Source: Myxococcota bacterium (lineage in GTDB: Bacteria > Myxococcota_A > Polyangia > Polyangiales > Houyiibacteriaceae). From it: a stretch of 42,056 nt of DNA. Numbering within the stretch: the stretch's first letter is position 1; every line of letters starts with the position of its first letter. The stretch spans positions 1-42,056 of the forward strand of contig JBCCEA010000033.1 of assembly GCA_039030515.1 (NCBI GenBank), read 5' to 3'. The position numbers and the translations under genes are program-made. Below the pieces are notes generated by a model. The model was not told where the DNA came from. It worked only from the letters and a program-made list of their open reading frames with translations, and did no database searches. Below are positions 22,517 through 31,524 of the stretch, in pieces.

Positions 22517-23494
22517 ATGGAGTATCGAAGTATCCGAGGAATCGATGAGCCTCTATCCGTCGTAGGGCTCGGATGCTGGCCTTTTGGAGGACGCCATTGG
22601 GGCGACGACGGCAGTCCTGAGCAGTGGATCAGGACGGTGCACGCAGCTCTTGAACTAGGGGTCAACTGGTTTGATACCGCGCCTCTTTACGGCGAGGGTG
22701 CCGCCGATCGGATCTTGGCTCGAGCACTCGGAAGTCGCTCAGAGCGTGGCCGAACTCGGGGTGGATGCTCTGAGGTGCATATCGCCACCAAAGTCGGGGT
22801 GCGCTACGGGGGCGGCGGCCATCCATACAGCGACTTGTCCTCTGCCTTTGTCCGTAAGGACTGCGAGGACTCCCTCAATCGATTGGGTGTCGAACGTATC
22901 GGACTTCTTCAGGTTCACTGGCCGTGCGAGCAGGGAACACCTCTCGAGGAAACGCTCGAAACGCTTCATTCCCTGAAGGAAGAGGGCAAGATCGCGGCAT
23001 TTGGGCTTTGTAACTACGGCTCAGAGCCCTTGGCGGAGGCCCTTCGTCTTGGGGCGTCTTCATTTCAACTTCCGTTCTCGATGGTGCGCAGAGAGTTTGC
23101 GACGGTATTCGACCAGGCCGGCAGCGGAGATTCACCACTGCGGGGAATGGCGTATGAAACGCTGTGCCGAGGACTTCTCACCGGCAAATTTTCTTCTTTG
23201 CCCAGATTTCCCAAAACCGACATGCGGCGGCAGGACCGGCGCTTCTGGGGAGTGCACTTTTATCAATGGAAAAGATGGTTTCAGCGCGTGAGGCAGACAG
23301 CTGAGGAGTGGGAGCTCCCGGCTTCTGCCCTTGCGATCGCTTGGGTGTTGTCTCAGCCTGGAGCCAACTTTGCGGTTGTCGGTGCGAAGTCGTCTCTACA
23401 AGTATCCGAAAATGTTCGCGCTGCAGAGATTCTCGGTGATCCGAAACGGCTTGTATTTTTGCAATCTCTAGTGAACGAGTACCTTGGATCTTGA
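22517..23494 (+). CDS. Aldo/keto reductase
   Basis: GLGCWPFGG, FDTAPLYGEG, IATKVG, SLNRLGVERIGLLQVHWP, LKEEGKI, GLLTGKF. Start placed at ATG 22517. Confidence 0.95.
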   Translation: MEYRSIRGIDEPLSVVGLGCWPFGGRHWGDDGSPEQWIRTVHAALELGVNWFDTAPLYGEGAADRILARALGSRSERGRTRGGCSEVHIATKVGVRYGGGGHPYSDLSSAFVRKDCEDSLNRLGVERIGLLQVHWPCEQGTPLEETLETLHSLKEEGKIAAFGLCNYGSEPLAEALRLGASSFQLPFSMVRREFATVFDQAGSGDSPLRGMAYETLCRGLLTGKFSSLPRFPKTDMRRQDRRFWGVHFYQWKRWFQRVRQTAEEWELPASALAIAWVLSQPGANFAVVGAKSSLQVSENVRAAEILGDPKRLVFLQSLVNEYLGS

Positions 23495-23538
23495 TGATGA
23501 ACCCGTCGCGTTCCCACCCGAGCCGTCCAGCTGACACG

Positions 23539-24444
23539 ATGTCTCCGACGCGTTTTCCGCGCCTGGCCTATGGGACACCTCGCAAACTGCCGAGAGCCCA
23601 CGATCTCTTCGGTCGAGTTGTTGTGCTGGACGTGGCCTTTGCGGCAAGGGCAGGTGGCGCCAGCTTTGAAAAGACTACGCTGCCGTTTATCCAAGCCTTG
23701 GGCGATCGGTTGGCGATGTGGGTAGACCACCACGATCACGAAATGCATGCCCAATATGCTGACGACTCTCGTTTTTTTCTGCGCACCAAGGCGCAGCATG
23801 GCGCTTGCCCGGAGATGATCACTCCGGAGCGAGTGACGGCAGCCGGGCCGGTCGACACCGTGTGTTGTCACGTGGATTTTGATGGACTGTGCTCGGCTGC
23901 AAAATGGATCCGTGGTGGGATCGAGCCGTATCCAGGTGCCGACGACGATGCGCGCGCCATAGATACCCGATTGGGTACGCCTTCCGACCGCGCTGCTCTT
24001 GTCGATCGGGCGCTCCGAGCACGATTCAGGGATGACGAGCTCAAGGATATGATCGTGCGGTATTTGGTTCAGGGAGCAGAGGAACTGGAGCCATTTCCGG
24101 AGATTTTAGTGGCGGCCCGCGAATTTGACTCGATGGAAGCTGAAGCAAAGCGTCTCTCCAACCGCTACCGGATACAGGGAGAGGTGGCGATCTGTGACGC
24201 CCGCCGGCGGAGGTCTTTTTACGACAAGACTTATCTTTTACTGCTAGGGCAGGAGAAAGCGCCCATTTCATTGGTTCATGATGACTCAACGGTCACGGTG
24301 GCAGCCCGCTTTGACAGTGGAATTGACTTGGTCGCGCTCCTCGGGCTGGACGGGGGAATGCCGACGCGCGTTAGTGTTGCGGCTCGAAAGCTGGATGAAG
24401 TTTTAAGCCAGCTGGCCTCAAGAACCCCAACCACTGAAACCTGA
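23539..24444 (+). CDS. DHH-family phosphoesterase-like protein
   Basis: VVVLDVAF, WVDHHDH and CHVDFDG (DxDG) metal-binding motifs. Start could also be 23491-23497. Confidence 0.7.
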   Translation: MSPTRFPRLAYGTPRKLPRAHDLFGRVVVLDVAFAARAGGASFEKTTLPFIQALGDRLAMWVDHHDHEMHAQYADDSRFFLRTKAQHGACPEMITPERVTAAGPVDTVCCHVDFDGLCSAAKWIRGGIEPYPGADDDARAIDTRLGTPSDRAALVDRALRARFRDDELKDMIVRYLVQGAEELEPFPEILVAAREFDSMEAEAKRLSNRYRIQGEVAICDARRRRSFYDKTYLLLLGQEKAPISLVHDDSTVTVAARFDSGIDLVALLGLDGGMPTRVSVAARKLDEVLSQLASRTPTTET

Positions 24445-24690
24445 CCGGGTACGGTCACTCAAACCTGACCGGGTACGGTCACCCAAACCTGACCAGGTAC
24501 GGTGAACTGCTGTACATATCCAGTATCGTTGCACAAACCTGACTGGGTACGGGGCTGGCACCTCGCCCAAACCTGACCGGGTACGGTGAATCGCTGTACA
24601 CGTCCAGTCTCGCTGCACAAACCTGACTGGGTACGGGGCTGGTGCCTGACCGGGTACGGTAGCCGGTAGCCTCGGGTACGGTGGCCTCGG
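24437..24690 (+). repeat. Cluster of 7-8 AAACCTGAC(C/T)(G/A)GGTACGG repeats between convergent genes
   Basis: Read directly; the first copy supplies the TGA stop of the DHH-like gene; includes an 84 bp duplicated unit. Confidence 0.95.
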
Positions 24691-24692
24691 GG

Positions 24693-26342
24693 TTAGCGTT
24701 GCAGACTGGATACACGCATGGTGTGCAGGAGTTCGGTCAAAGCCTCGCGTAGAACCGGGGTCGCTTCACCAGAACCAAGGCGGTAACCACCGGTCGCCCT
24801 TCGGCTGGGGCGAGACCCTTCTTTCCGAATTTCTTCTTCCGCAAACCATACCGAAAGCGTCTGTCCCTCTTCGGCCTCAAAAAGTAACTCTGCTCGTCTC
24901 CCGTCCGATGCGAGCTGACTCGATTTCCAAACAAGCCCTTTGAAAGGCGCTCTAGCGATAAGGCGTTCCAGGCGCCTGAGAACACTGCCCTTTGCTGCGC
25001 CGCTTGAGAAGGGTACGACCAATCGCTCGCCCAGCGCCTCCAACTGCGATACGAGGATTTGAATAATTTCTGCAGCAGTAACGCAGGTATGCTCGTCCAA
25101 AGGGGCCATCAAAGCAGCATCAGAAAACGACCTAGAGCCACAAAACTCTACACTGAACGAAAACGACTCAAACCGCGCAAATACCGAGCGATGGTCTCCA
25201 GCGTTACCGAGCCGGACTATGAGCTTGGTCGAACTTGTCGCTTTTGAAACGACCGCAATTCCAACTCCGGCTTCGTCACTGCGTGCAGACGAGCGGATCA
25301 AGTCAAAGGGCACTTCCGCTGAGGAAAACGATGTGATCAGTCGCTCTACAACGGGACGCAGCCAGTGTCCGGCAAGCTTCAGCGATGAGTCTTTCTCACG
25401 CAGCAGTTCTGCACTGATCGGCTGAAACTCCTCCAGCCCATAGAAGTTTGCGTACGTTTCATACACGCCAGAGCATCGATCATTTAGGATGCATTCTCTG
25501 CACGATGGCTTTTTTATCTTATCCCTTTTTTTTACTAAATACTTATTCCACGGCTTGCTCAATCGATCATCTGCGTCGATCGCTACAGTCTCTGTAGTCT
25601 CTCCATCGTGGTGAATGATGGACGCAAGCTCTGGAACAATGCACGGAGGAAGGTTCCCGATATTCACGTCGAACCCCGGACTAAAGTTGGTCTGCATCTC
25701 CCTTAAGGGCGCAGCGAGATCTGAATAACGCGGAATCGTTCGGCGCAGCTCCTCTTCCGTACGGATGCCTGCATCGAGGGGACGCATCATATCGAGATGC
25801 AGCTGTGTCACACCAAATGGCTGAACGAGATCCGCAAATGCCGGGACAGATGCGTAATTTGATTGGACAACGCACATATTCAAAGTGATCGTTTGTCCTG
25901 CACGATGAAGCAGTTCCAAAGAGCGTTTGATGCGGTCAAAAGAGCGTGGCCGGCCGGTGGTCGCTTCGTGAGCGTCCTTGGTTGCCCCCTGAAGCGAAAT
26001 ACGAAACGAAAGCGGAGCGCCGATCGCCAGTAGCTGGTCGACAAACCAAGCACGCGATGTTTTTACGCCGTTGGTGAAGATCACAATCTCCTCAAAACCG
26101 AGATCGGTCGCGTGACGTACCACGTCAAAGAAGGTGGGCTGCAGCGTAGGCTCACCTCCAAGGAGGGTCAGCTTTCGATGCCCTCGCTCAAAAGCATCTG
26201 AAATTTGCTTGAGAATCGGCTGCAGAGGTAGTGGACGAGCATCACCCATCTCGGTTCGCTGACCGCTGACGCAAAACACACAGCGGTTGTTGCAAAGATG
26301 GCCAAGCTGTATCTCGACCTGGCGTTCAGGTTCCACCGGCAA
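24693..26342 (-). CDS. Radical SAM protein with partial SPASM-type Cys cluster and extra C-terminal domain (peptide-maturase-like)
   Basis: CNNRCVFC (CxxxCxxC), GGEPT, FTNG, NLPPC, CRECILNDRCSGVY; about 230 aa further C-terminal extension. Confidence 0.92.
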   Translation of the reverse strand: MPVEPERQVEIQLGHLCNNRCVFCVSGQRTEMGDARPLPLQPILKQISDAFERGHRKLTLLGGEPTLQPTFFDVVRHATDLGFEEIVIFTNGVKTSRAWFVDQLLAIGAPLSFRISLQGATKDAHEATTGRPRSFDRIKRSLELLHRAGQTITLNMCVVQSNYASVPAFADLVQPFGVTQLHLDMMRPLDAGIRTEEELRRTIPRYSDLAAPLREMQTNFSPGFDVNIGNLPPCIVPELASIIHHDGETTETVAIDADDRLSKPWNKYLVKKRDKIKKPSCRECILNDRCSGVYETYANFYGLEEFQPISAELLREKDSSLKLAGHWLRPVVERLITSFSSAEVPFDLIRSSARSDEAGVGIAVVSKATSSTKLIVRLGNAGDHRSVFARFESFSFSVEFCGSRSFSDAALMAPLDEHTCVTAAEIIQILVSQLEALGERLVVPFSSGAAKGSVLRRLERLIARAPFKGLVWKSSQLASDGRRAELLFEAEEGQTLSVWFAEEEIRKEGSRPSRRATGGYRLGSGEATPVLREALTELLHTMRVSSLQR

Positions 26343-26397
26343 AGTCTAGCGCGATTCCGCCGATCACGTCATCCCGGCGAGGTGCGTGGCGCATTTC

Positions 26398-27135
26398 TCA
26401 AGAAACTAGAGATGGTTCTTTGAGCCGTGCGACCACTTGCTCTCCGAAGAAATGCTCATCGAGAAACTCATGAGCAAACTCCTCCCCAAAGATGCGAGAA
26501 AGCACCTTTTTCTCTTTCTTATTCGCACGCATTGCGGCCAAGTAAGCTCGAACTGCAGACATGCGGCACGCCACCTCCTCGGAGCGTGAGAGAAGCGCAT
26601 CAAACCCGTCGACCACCCTTTCTACGGCGCGCATGTGCCGCTCCGGATCTCCGCTGCGCACCAAAATTGCCTGGGCAGATAGATGGCCTTCACAAAATGA
26701 AGGCATATCCAGGTCGGTAGTCGAGTCGCCTAGGATTCTTCGCGCATCGAGCAAGAGCGCGTCACCAGTCGATTCGGCCTGACTCAGTGGCGAGAGGTCG
26801 AGTACATGAATCGCGACCTTCTGACCAAATCTCACGTAGTCGATCGCCAGCAGCGGTGCTCCGCAAGTCAGGGAGGGAATGCCGAGTACGGTGAGAGACT
26901 GCATGGCTCCTGATCCGATGCAGATATGCAGTCTTCCAAGCGCGGCATTGCCGTGGAAGATACGCGTCTGGAGCATGACCTCGTGGCCCTTCACCCATCC
27001 CACTTTTGAGTCAAAACCCGAAGGCAACGCCAGTGAACGCATATGGTGCTTTGCCACGAGCCTGCTCAAACTCGCTTGGGCGCAATCCTGCTCAGAAGCC
27101 ATGTGTCCACACAGGATACAAGAACTTGAAGACAA
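26398..27135 (-). CDS. Ferredoxin-dependent bilin reductase (PcyA/pre-PcyA-like)
   Basis: RLHI, PLLAIDYV, LDLSPL, MPSFCEGHLS, MRANKKEKKVLSRIFGEEFAHEFLDEHFF parallel recalled PcyA motifs (RKMHLE, PMFGCDLV, ADLSP, NDKTRRVLEKAFG); follows a heme oxygenase. Start 27135 or ATG 27102. Confidence 0.85.
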   Translation of the reverse strand: MSSSSCILCGHMASEQDCAQASLSRLVAKHHMRSLALPSGFDSKVGWVKGHEVMLQTRIFHGNAALGRLHICIGSGAMQSLTVLGIPSLTCGAPLLAIDYVRFGQKVAIHVLDLSPLSQAESTGDALLLDARRILGDSTTDLDMPSFCEGHLSAQAILVRSGDPERHMRAVERVVDGFDALLSRSEEVACRMSAVRAYLAAMRANKKEKKVLSRIFGEEFAHEFLDEHFFGEQVVARLKEPSLVS

Positions 27136-27246
27136 ACCCTACCTGGTTCGGCTCCGTGCTGGGTCCGCAGCAGCACTATAGAGATGCTGCCTCAGCAGGC
27201 TGAACTCTCTCGGTATTGGGACCACGGCAAGCATGAGCGCAGGCGG

Positions 27247-27870
27247 TTAGTCGTGTGAATTTGTGGACTCTGACGATCCCGAGCGTTGGGATCCGATCTG
27301 TTCAAACGCAGCACCGACATCACGGAATGTATCCTTTGCCGCGGCGATAGATCGATGTATCTCATCAGTGGAATAAGGTGCAGCATCCAGGAACGACTTG
27401 ACTCGACGCCATTGAGTCTTAGCTCCTTTGACGTGATCCGAGTAGAAATGAGTAGCGTCTCTAGGCAAGTCGAGCGCTTTCTTGAGTCGAGGTCCGAGCA
27501 CCAAAGCACCTAAACTCGATCCCTCGAGTACGTAACATCGCCCCATCCACTCTGCTCTATCGGGCTTCCAAGAACACCCGTGAGACCGATGCAAGTTTGT
27601 AGCGCCGGGGTATCGATCGAGTGTCTCTTTTAAGTACTCGAGATCTTGACGAAGCAGCGCACTACGGAAGGGCGCGGGATGTGGTGCTTCGGGAAGCGCG
27701 GATTCGAGTTTTTCAAAGAAAACAAGCCAAACACACAAGTGCAGCGCATACTCGGCGAGGTCGATTTCGCCTTTGGCGAGTCGAACGGAAAACGATAGAT
27801 TTTCTACCCACTCATGCTGTGCACGAGTCTCGTGGCGGAGAGTGGCAGAAAGACTATCTACACACTCCAC
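27247..27870 (-). CDS. Biliverdin-producing heme oxygenase (BphO/HemO-like)
   Basis: LRHETRAQHEWVE (proximal His), RSALLRQDL, distal helix YVLEGSSLGA, AAAKDTF. Confidence 0.93.
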   Translation of the reverse strand: MECVDSLSATLRHETRAQHEWVENLSFSVRLAKGEIDLAEYALHLCVWLVFFEKLESALPEAPHPAPFRSALLRQDLEYLKETLDRYPGATNLHRSHGCSWKPDRAEWMGRCYVLEGSSLGALVLGPRLKKALDLPRDATHFYSDHVKGAKTQWRRVKSFLDAAPYSTDEIHRSIAAAKDTFRDVGAAFEQIGSQRSGSSESTNSHD

Positions 27871-27873
27871 GTA

Positions 27874-28350
27874 CTAGGATTCCTGCCATTTTTGCACTTT
27901 TTCAGCATAGTCATCGAGGTACTTCCGAAGCGCACGATAGTCGGCACCATCTAAACGCTCTTCTGCCTTTGATCGCAGCGCATCGATAAAATCCTGAATC
28001 ATCACAGGAGGATAAAGCGCACAGAGCAAATCTGAGAACCACTTGGAACAAGCCTCTTGGAAGAAACTAAGATCTTCTCGAACATAGGCTTGGGCCGCAA
28101 AGCGAAGGATTTGAGCTGCATGCACTCGAATCTCGGTCTGACATTCTTGAGCAGTCAAATGCACTTCATGCTTGCTCAGCAGAACAGAGAAAGTGGCTTC
28201 AACCACATCGGCCTCTGCAGACTCCACACGCCTCATGCAATCAAGTCGGCTTCCCATGTTCGACGCGTATGCCCGAAACGCCCCTTTCTCAGATTCCGAG
28301 AGAAAGCGCCCTTCTGCTCCTCGAACAAGATCATTTAGTGTTTTGTTCAT
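27874..28350 (-). CDS. Phycobiliprotein-like globin (BBAG / allophycocyanin-like)
   Basis: 158 aa; AEGRFLSESE, RLDCMRRVESAEADVV, ILRFAAQAYVREDLSF..KWF resemble phycobiliprotein motifs; GAGGA RBS. Confidence 0.8.
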   Translation of the reverse strand: MNKTLNDLVRGAEGRFLSESEKGAFRAYASNMGSRLDCMRRVESAEADVVEATFSVLLSKHEVHLTAQECQTEIRVHAAQILRFAAQAYVREDLSFFQEACSKWFSDLLCALYPPVMIQDFIDALRSKAEERLDGADYRALRKYLDDYAEKVQKWQES

Positions 28351-28425
28351 TTTATCTTCCTCTCACGCCGCGATTCATACTGTCGCGAATCATATCGCTA
28401 CCTAAAGACTGTCGAACACGCGCTC

Positions 28426-30147
28426 TCAATTTTGCCTAAGAAAATTCACGGTGCCCCCCTTGGTCAACCAAACGAGTTCTGCTTTGGTGCCTACAGCGGC
28501 AGCCAGTGGTTGCGCAAAACGAGTTTGTGCGATCCGCGCTGTTGAAGGAGCGATGGAGCACAACACCCCACCGGGGGTCACACCGATGAAATTGGCCCCG
28601 TCACAAGAGAGCGAAAGCATGTCCACCGGAATGATCTGTGCAGCCTCTTTTGTAACTAAGGTCCAGCGCAAAGGATCGGCTGTGTCGCTCACCATGAGAT
28701 TCATCTGCTCGTAGTGTCCGACCAGTCGGAGCGGTTCAATGCTTAGCGGCCATTGTTCGATGGGTTCTGTCGAAGAAAAGATCTGAAAAAAGCGATTAGA
28801 ATCTGCATGTTGCACTGCAACACAAGGCAAAGATTCTGGGCCACAGAACGTGATGCCGACTGCACCAGAGTCTTCCGCCATCAATCGTCGTTTGCGTCCA
28901 TGATGAAGGCAGTAGGCACCCCCACGTTCTACGATGCCCAGCGCTCCATCTTGAGAAACCGCAATTCGAACTGGACCTTCGACCGCCTGCTGAATCAAGG
29001 ATCCACTATTGTCGTGCAGCGTGACCCTATCTCCCTGGGTCACCGCCCAGAATCTGCCGGAAGCAGCAACGTCGCAGACGCTCGCCAGCGTATCTTGGTA
29101 GCGACCACGTCGATCAAAGCGCTGAACGCTTTTGCCAGCACGCACCAGAACTTCACAGCGGGTCACGGCAAGGCCGGTTGCCCCGGAGACGAAGGCAGGC
29201 CATCCGGGCTTTTCCAGTTGCTGACACTCCTTGGAGAGCGCCTCGCGAAGGGCAGCCGCCCAGGACTCTGCCGTTGCAAACCTTTCATCCGGCGACTTCG
29301 CAATAGAACCCATCACCACTTTGGTGAGCTCTTCAGGAATCCATCCGGGGAGCTTGGGCACGCTGTGCAGGTGCTGATGGAGCAGTTGCTTTTGGTTTCC
29401 TACAAAAGGTCTCGCTCCGGACAACAATTCGAACAGCATGATCCCCAGCGCATAGATATCGACGCGGTGATCGTATCGATCATAAAACTGTTCAGGCGCC
29501 ATGTACGCAGGCGAGCCCACTGCAGAATAGTTTCCGCCGGCAGTGCCAAGGACCGAAACTCCGAAATCACCTACCTTGGCGGTTAGGCCATGTTCTCGTC
29601 TATTTAGTAAAATATTCTCGGGCTTGAGATCCCGATGAATCAAGCCTCTCGCGTGCGCGAAGGCGACCCCCTCTCCCGCCTGAAGCAAGAGCTCTATCGA
29701 CTCCACTACAGACTGATCTTGCAGGAGGAGATCTCGCAGTGATCCCGAGTCCATCAACTCGTAGACAAGAAAGCGACTCATACCGTCGATAAAGACATCG
29801 TAGCACTCTAAAATATGCGGGTGTTTCATTTCAAAGAGCACGCCGAGCTCTCGAAGAAAACCACTTCCTCGGGCTTCATCGCGCATGTACTCTTTGAGGG
29901 CCACGAGGCGACCACTGGAGCGATCGACCGCTCGATACACCCGTGCACTCGCTCCGCGACCGATCAGGCGTTCAACCTCGTAGCGTTCACCGAGGGTTGC
30001 CCCTGCCGAAGCGCTGGGTAGGACTGCGCTATTTAGACGAGCTCGCCGCCGGCGATTGCCGAGAGAATATCGTCTGGAGCTCGCTTTTGCGACACCCAAG
30101 TTCCCACTACTTGGATGCGGCTTGCCTGCCCGAGAAGAAAACGACAT
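28426..30147 (-). CDS. Hanks-type Ser/Thr protein kinase with beta-rich C-terminal domain
   Basis: IGRGASARVY, VALK, IHRDLKPENIL, DFG, GSPAYMAPEQ, DIYALG. Start uncertain because it overlaps the V4R gene. Confidence 0.93.
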   Translation of the reverse strand: MSFSSRAGKPHPSSGNLGVAKASSRRYSLGNRRRRARLNSAVLPSASAGATLGERYEVERLIGRGASARVYRAVDRSSGRLVALKEYMRDEARGSGFLRELGVLFEMKHPHILECYDVFIDGMSRFLVYELMDSGSLRDLLLQDQSVVESIELLLQAGEGVAFAHARGLIHRDLKPENILLNRREHGLTAKVGDFGVSVLGTAGGNYSAVGSPAYMAPEQFYDRYDHRVDIYALGIMLFELLSGARPFVGNQKQLLHQHLHSVPKLPGWIPEELTKVVMGSIAKSPDERFATAESWAAALREALSKECQQLEKPGWPAFVSGATGLAVTRCEVLVRAGKSVQRFDRRGRYQDTLASVCDVAASGRFWAVTQGDRVTLHDNSGSLIQQAVEGPVRIAVSQDGALGIVERGGAYCLHHGRKRRLMAEDSGAVGITFCGPESLPCVAVQHADSNRFFQIFSSTEPIEQWPLSIEPLRLVGHYEQMNLMVSDTADPLRWTLVTKEAAQIIPVDMLSLSCDGANFIGVTPGGVLCSIAPSTARIAQTRFAQPLAAAVGTKAELVWLTKGGTVNFLRQN

Positions 30148-30695
30148 TGAGGGTCCCCCTGACTACGACACGAAATTTCCACTGCCTCCAATTCTCGACC
30201 TGCGAGTTTTCCAACGATCGAAGCGAGCAATCCACTGACCAGATGATCCGTAGGCCGTCCGATATTGCCGACTGAAGCGCTGTATATGGCCTCATCGACG
30301 ATCGCCTCCAGAAAGCCTTTCTCTTTTAGATCGAAACTCAAATCGAGCGAACCCCAACCATAAAGCCCCCACACTCTTCGGAGAATGTGTAGATAAAAGC
30401 CTAGCGGTAGGTCTTTGGTATCGCGATTGTAAAAGGACCGAATCTCAGCTTCGTGCTGCTTCATGAACTGAGAGCCCCACCAACGTCCGACGGAGTAGAG
30501 AATCACTCCGGACGCGGCGCCAGCTTCATCTTCTAAACCTCGGTGCAGTCCCGTGATCAAGTCTTCTGGGAGCGCCAAAAGTCGAACGCCCGAGGGGCTT
30601 CGCAACACACCGGTGGACACGTTGTGTTCGCTAAAATACTGCTCTGGCCGGAAATGATTGCGACTCAGGATCACCGGCTCATTGTTTTGCTGCAT
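30033..30695 (-). CDS. V4R-domain protein
   Basis: YSVGRWWG, YGWGSL, GLLASIVGKLAGRELEAVEISCRSQGDPQCRFLLG. ATG 30695 lies 2 nt after the globin stop. Confidence 0.92.
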   Translation of the reverse strand: MQQNNEPVILSRNHFRPEQYFSEHNVSTGVLRSPSGVRLLALPEDLITGLHRGLEDEAGAASGVILYSVGRWWGSQFMKQHEAEIRSFYNRDTKDLPLGFYLHILRRVWGLYGWGSLDLSFDLKEKGFLEAIVDEAIYSASVGNIGRPTDHLVSGLLASIVGKLAGRELEAVEISCRSQGDPQCRFLLGQASRIQVVGTWVSQKRAPDDILSAIAGGELV

Positions 30696-30697
30696 TA

Positions 30698-31201
30698 TCA
30701 AGCCGCCTTTCGCTCTGACGGGCGTCCAAGTGCACGCCGCATTTCTTCCACCACCACCTCCAAGTGAGGCACAAGCTCCGCTGCGTCCGGATCGGGTAGC
30801 GTACGCTCGACCAGACCCAAGAAATGCTCGAAGCAGGTAAGGGTTCGCTCGCGATTCGTGAGTGCAAATAAGATCGACCGCAGCCAAACAGCGAGCTTTT
30901 CGTTTACGAAGTCCGGATCGCGCATCAACGTTGCTAAAGACGCATACCGATACGCCATCGCATAGTCACGCTTGGCTCGATCGTAACTGTCCTCACCGTG
31001 CTCTGTGGCCATCTCGGGAAACTTTTCGCGCATAAAGCGATCCATTTCTGCGAGAAGCGCATCTTCTGCCCGCTCGGCAGCGTCCAAGATCTCAAGCCGT
31101 TGCTGCAGTCCTGCGGCGTAGCCTCTGAGTTGCTCCTCTTCGAGTTCAGAAAAATAGCGTCCTTCGGAATGAGTCAGCATATGCGCTAGGTTTCTATTCA
31201 T
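30698..31201 (-). CDS. Phycobiliprotein-like globin (BBAG)
   Basis: SEGRYFSELEEEQLRGY, AKRDYAMAYRYASLATLMRDPDFVNEKLAVWL; ATG 31201 follows a GGGAGG RBS; 167 aa. Confidence 0.87.
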   Translation of the reverse strand: MNRNLAHMLTHSEGRYFSELEEEQLRGYAAGLQQRLEILDAAERAEDALLAEMDRFMREKFPEMATEHGEDSYDRAKRDYAMAYRYASLATLMRDPDFVNEKLAVWLRSILFALTNRERTLTCFEHFLGLVERTLPDPDAAELVPHLEVVVEEMRRALGRPSERKAA

Positions 31202-31202
31202 C

Positions 31203-31523
31203 TCATCCCTCCCACTGGATGCTATCGAGTATGCTTCGGACCGAACGCCCCATTTGTGCCGAAGTGGGCTCCGGCGGAGCTTCACCGGTCCATCGCACCA
31301 GCCTAAGCACCTGGGTGACTGGAGTGCGTGCGATCTCACCCAACCTAGGCGGAGTCACGAGACGGATCGGTGTTCCCGCCCAGTGGACCGACCACATCGC
31401 ATTTGCGACCGTTTGGCGCGGCTTTGCCTGGAGCAAACGCTGACGTTTCTTGTCTTTTTTCAGCGTGCTCGCCTTCCCAGGCAGCGGCACGCGCACTTCG
31501 CGCGCAAAGGGTCTTACAGCCAC
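31203..31523 (-). CDS. Small basic hypothetical protein in the bilin operon
   Basis: 106 aa ORF that fills the gap, starting 1 nt after the V4R stop and ending 1 nt before the globin start. Confidence 0.5.
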   Translation of the reverse strand: MAVRPFAREVRVPLPGKASTLKKDKKRQRLLQAKPRQTVANAMWSVHWAGTPIRLVTPPRLGEIARTPVTQVLRLVRWTGEAPPEPTSAQMGRSVRSILDSIQWEG

Positions 31524-31524
31524 G

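Noticed and set aside
30696..31339. Long N-terminal extensions given by the ORF track for the V4R (30887) and globin (31339) genes
   Set aside because: They overlap neighbouring genes; downstream ATGs at 30695 and 31201 fit better with RBS or coupling.
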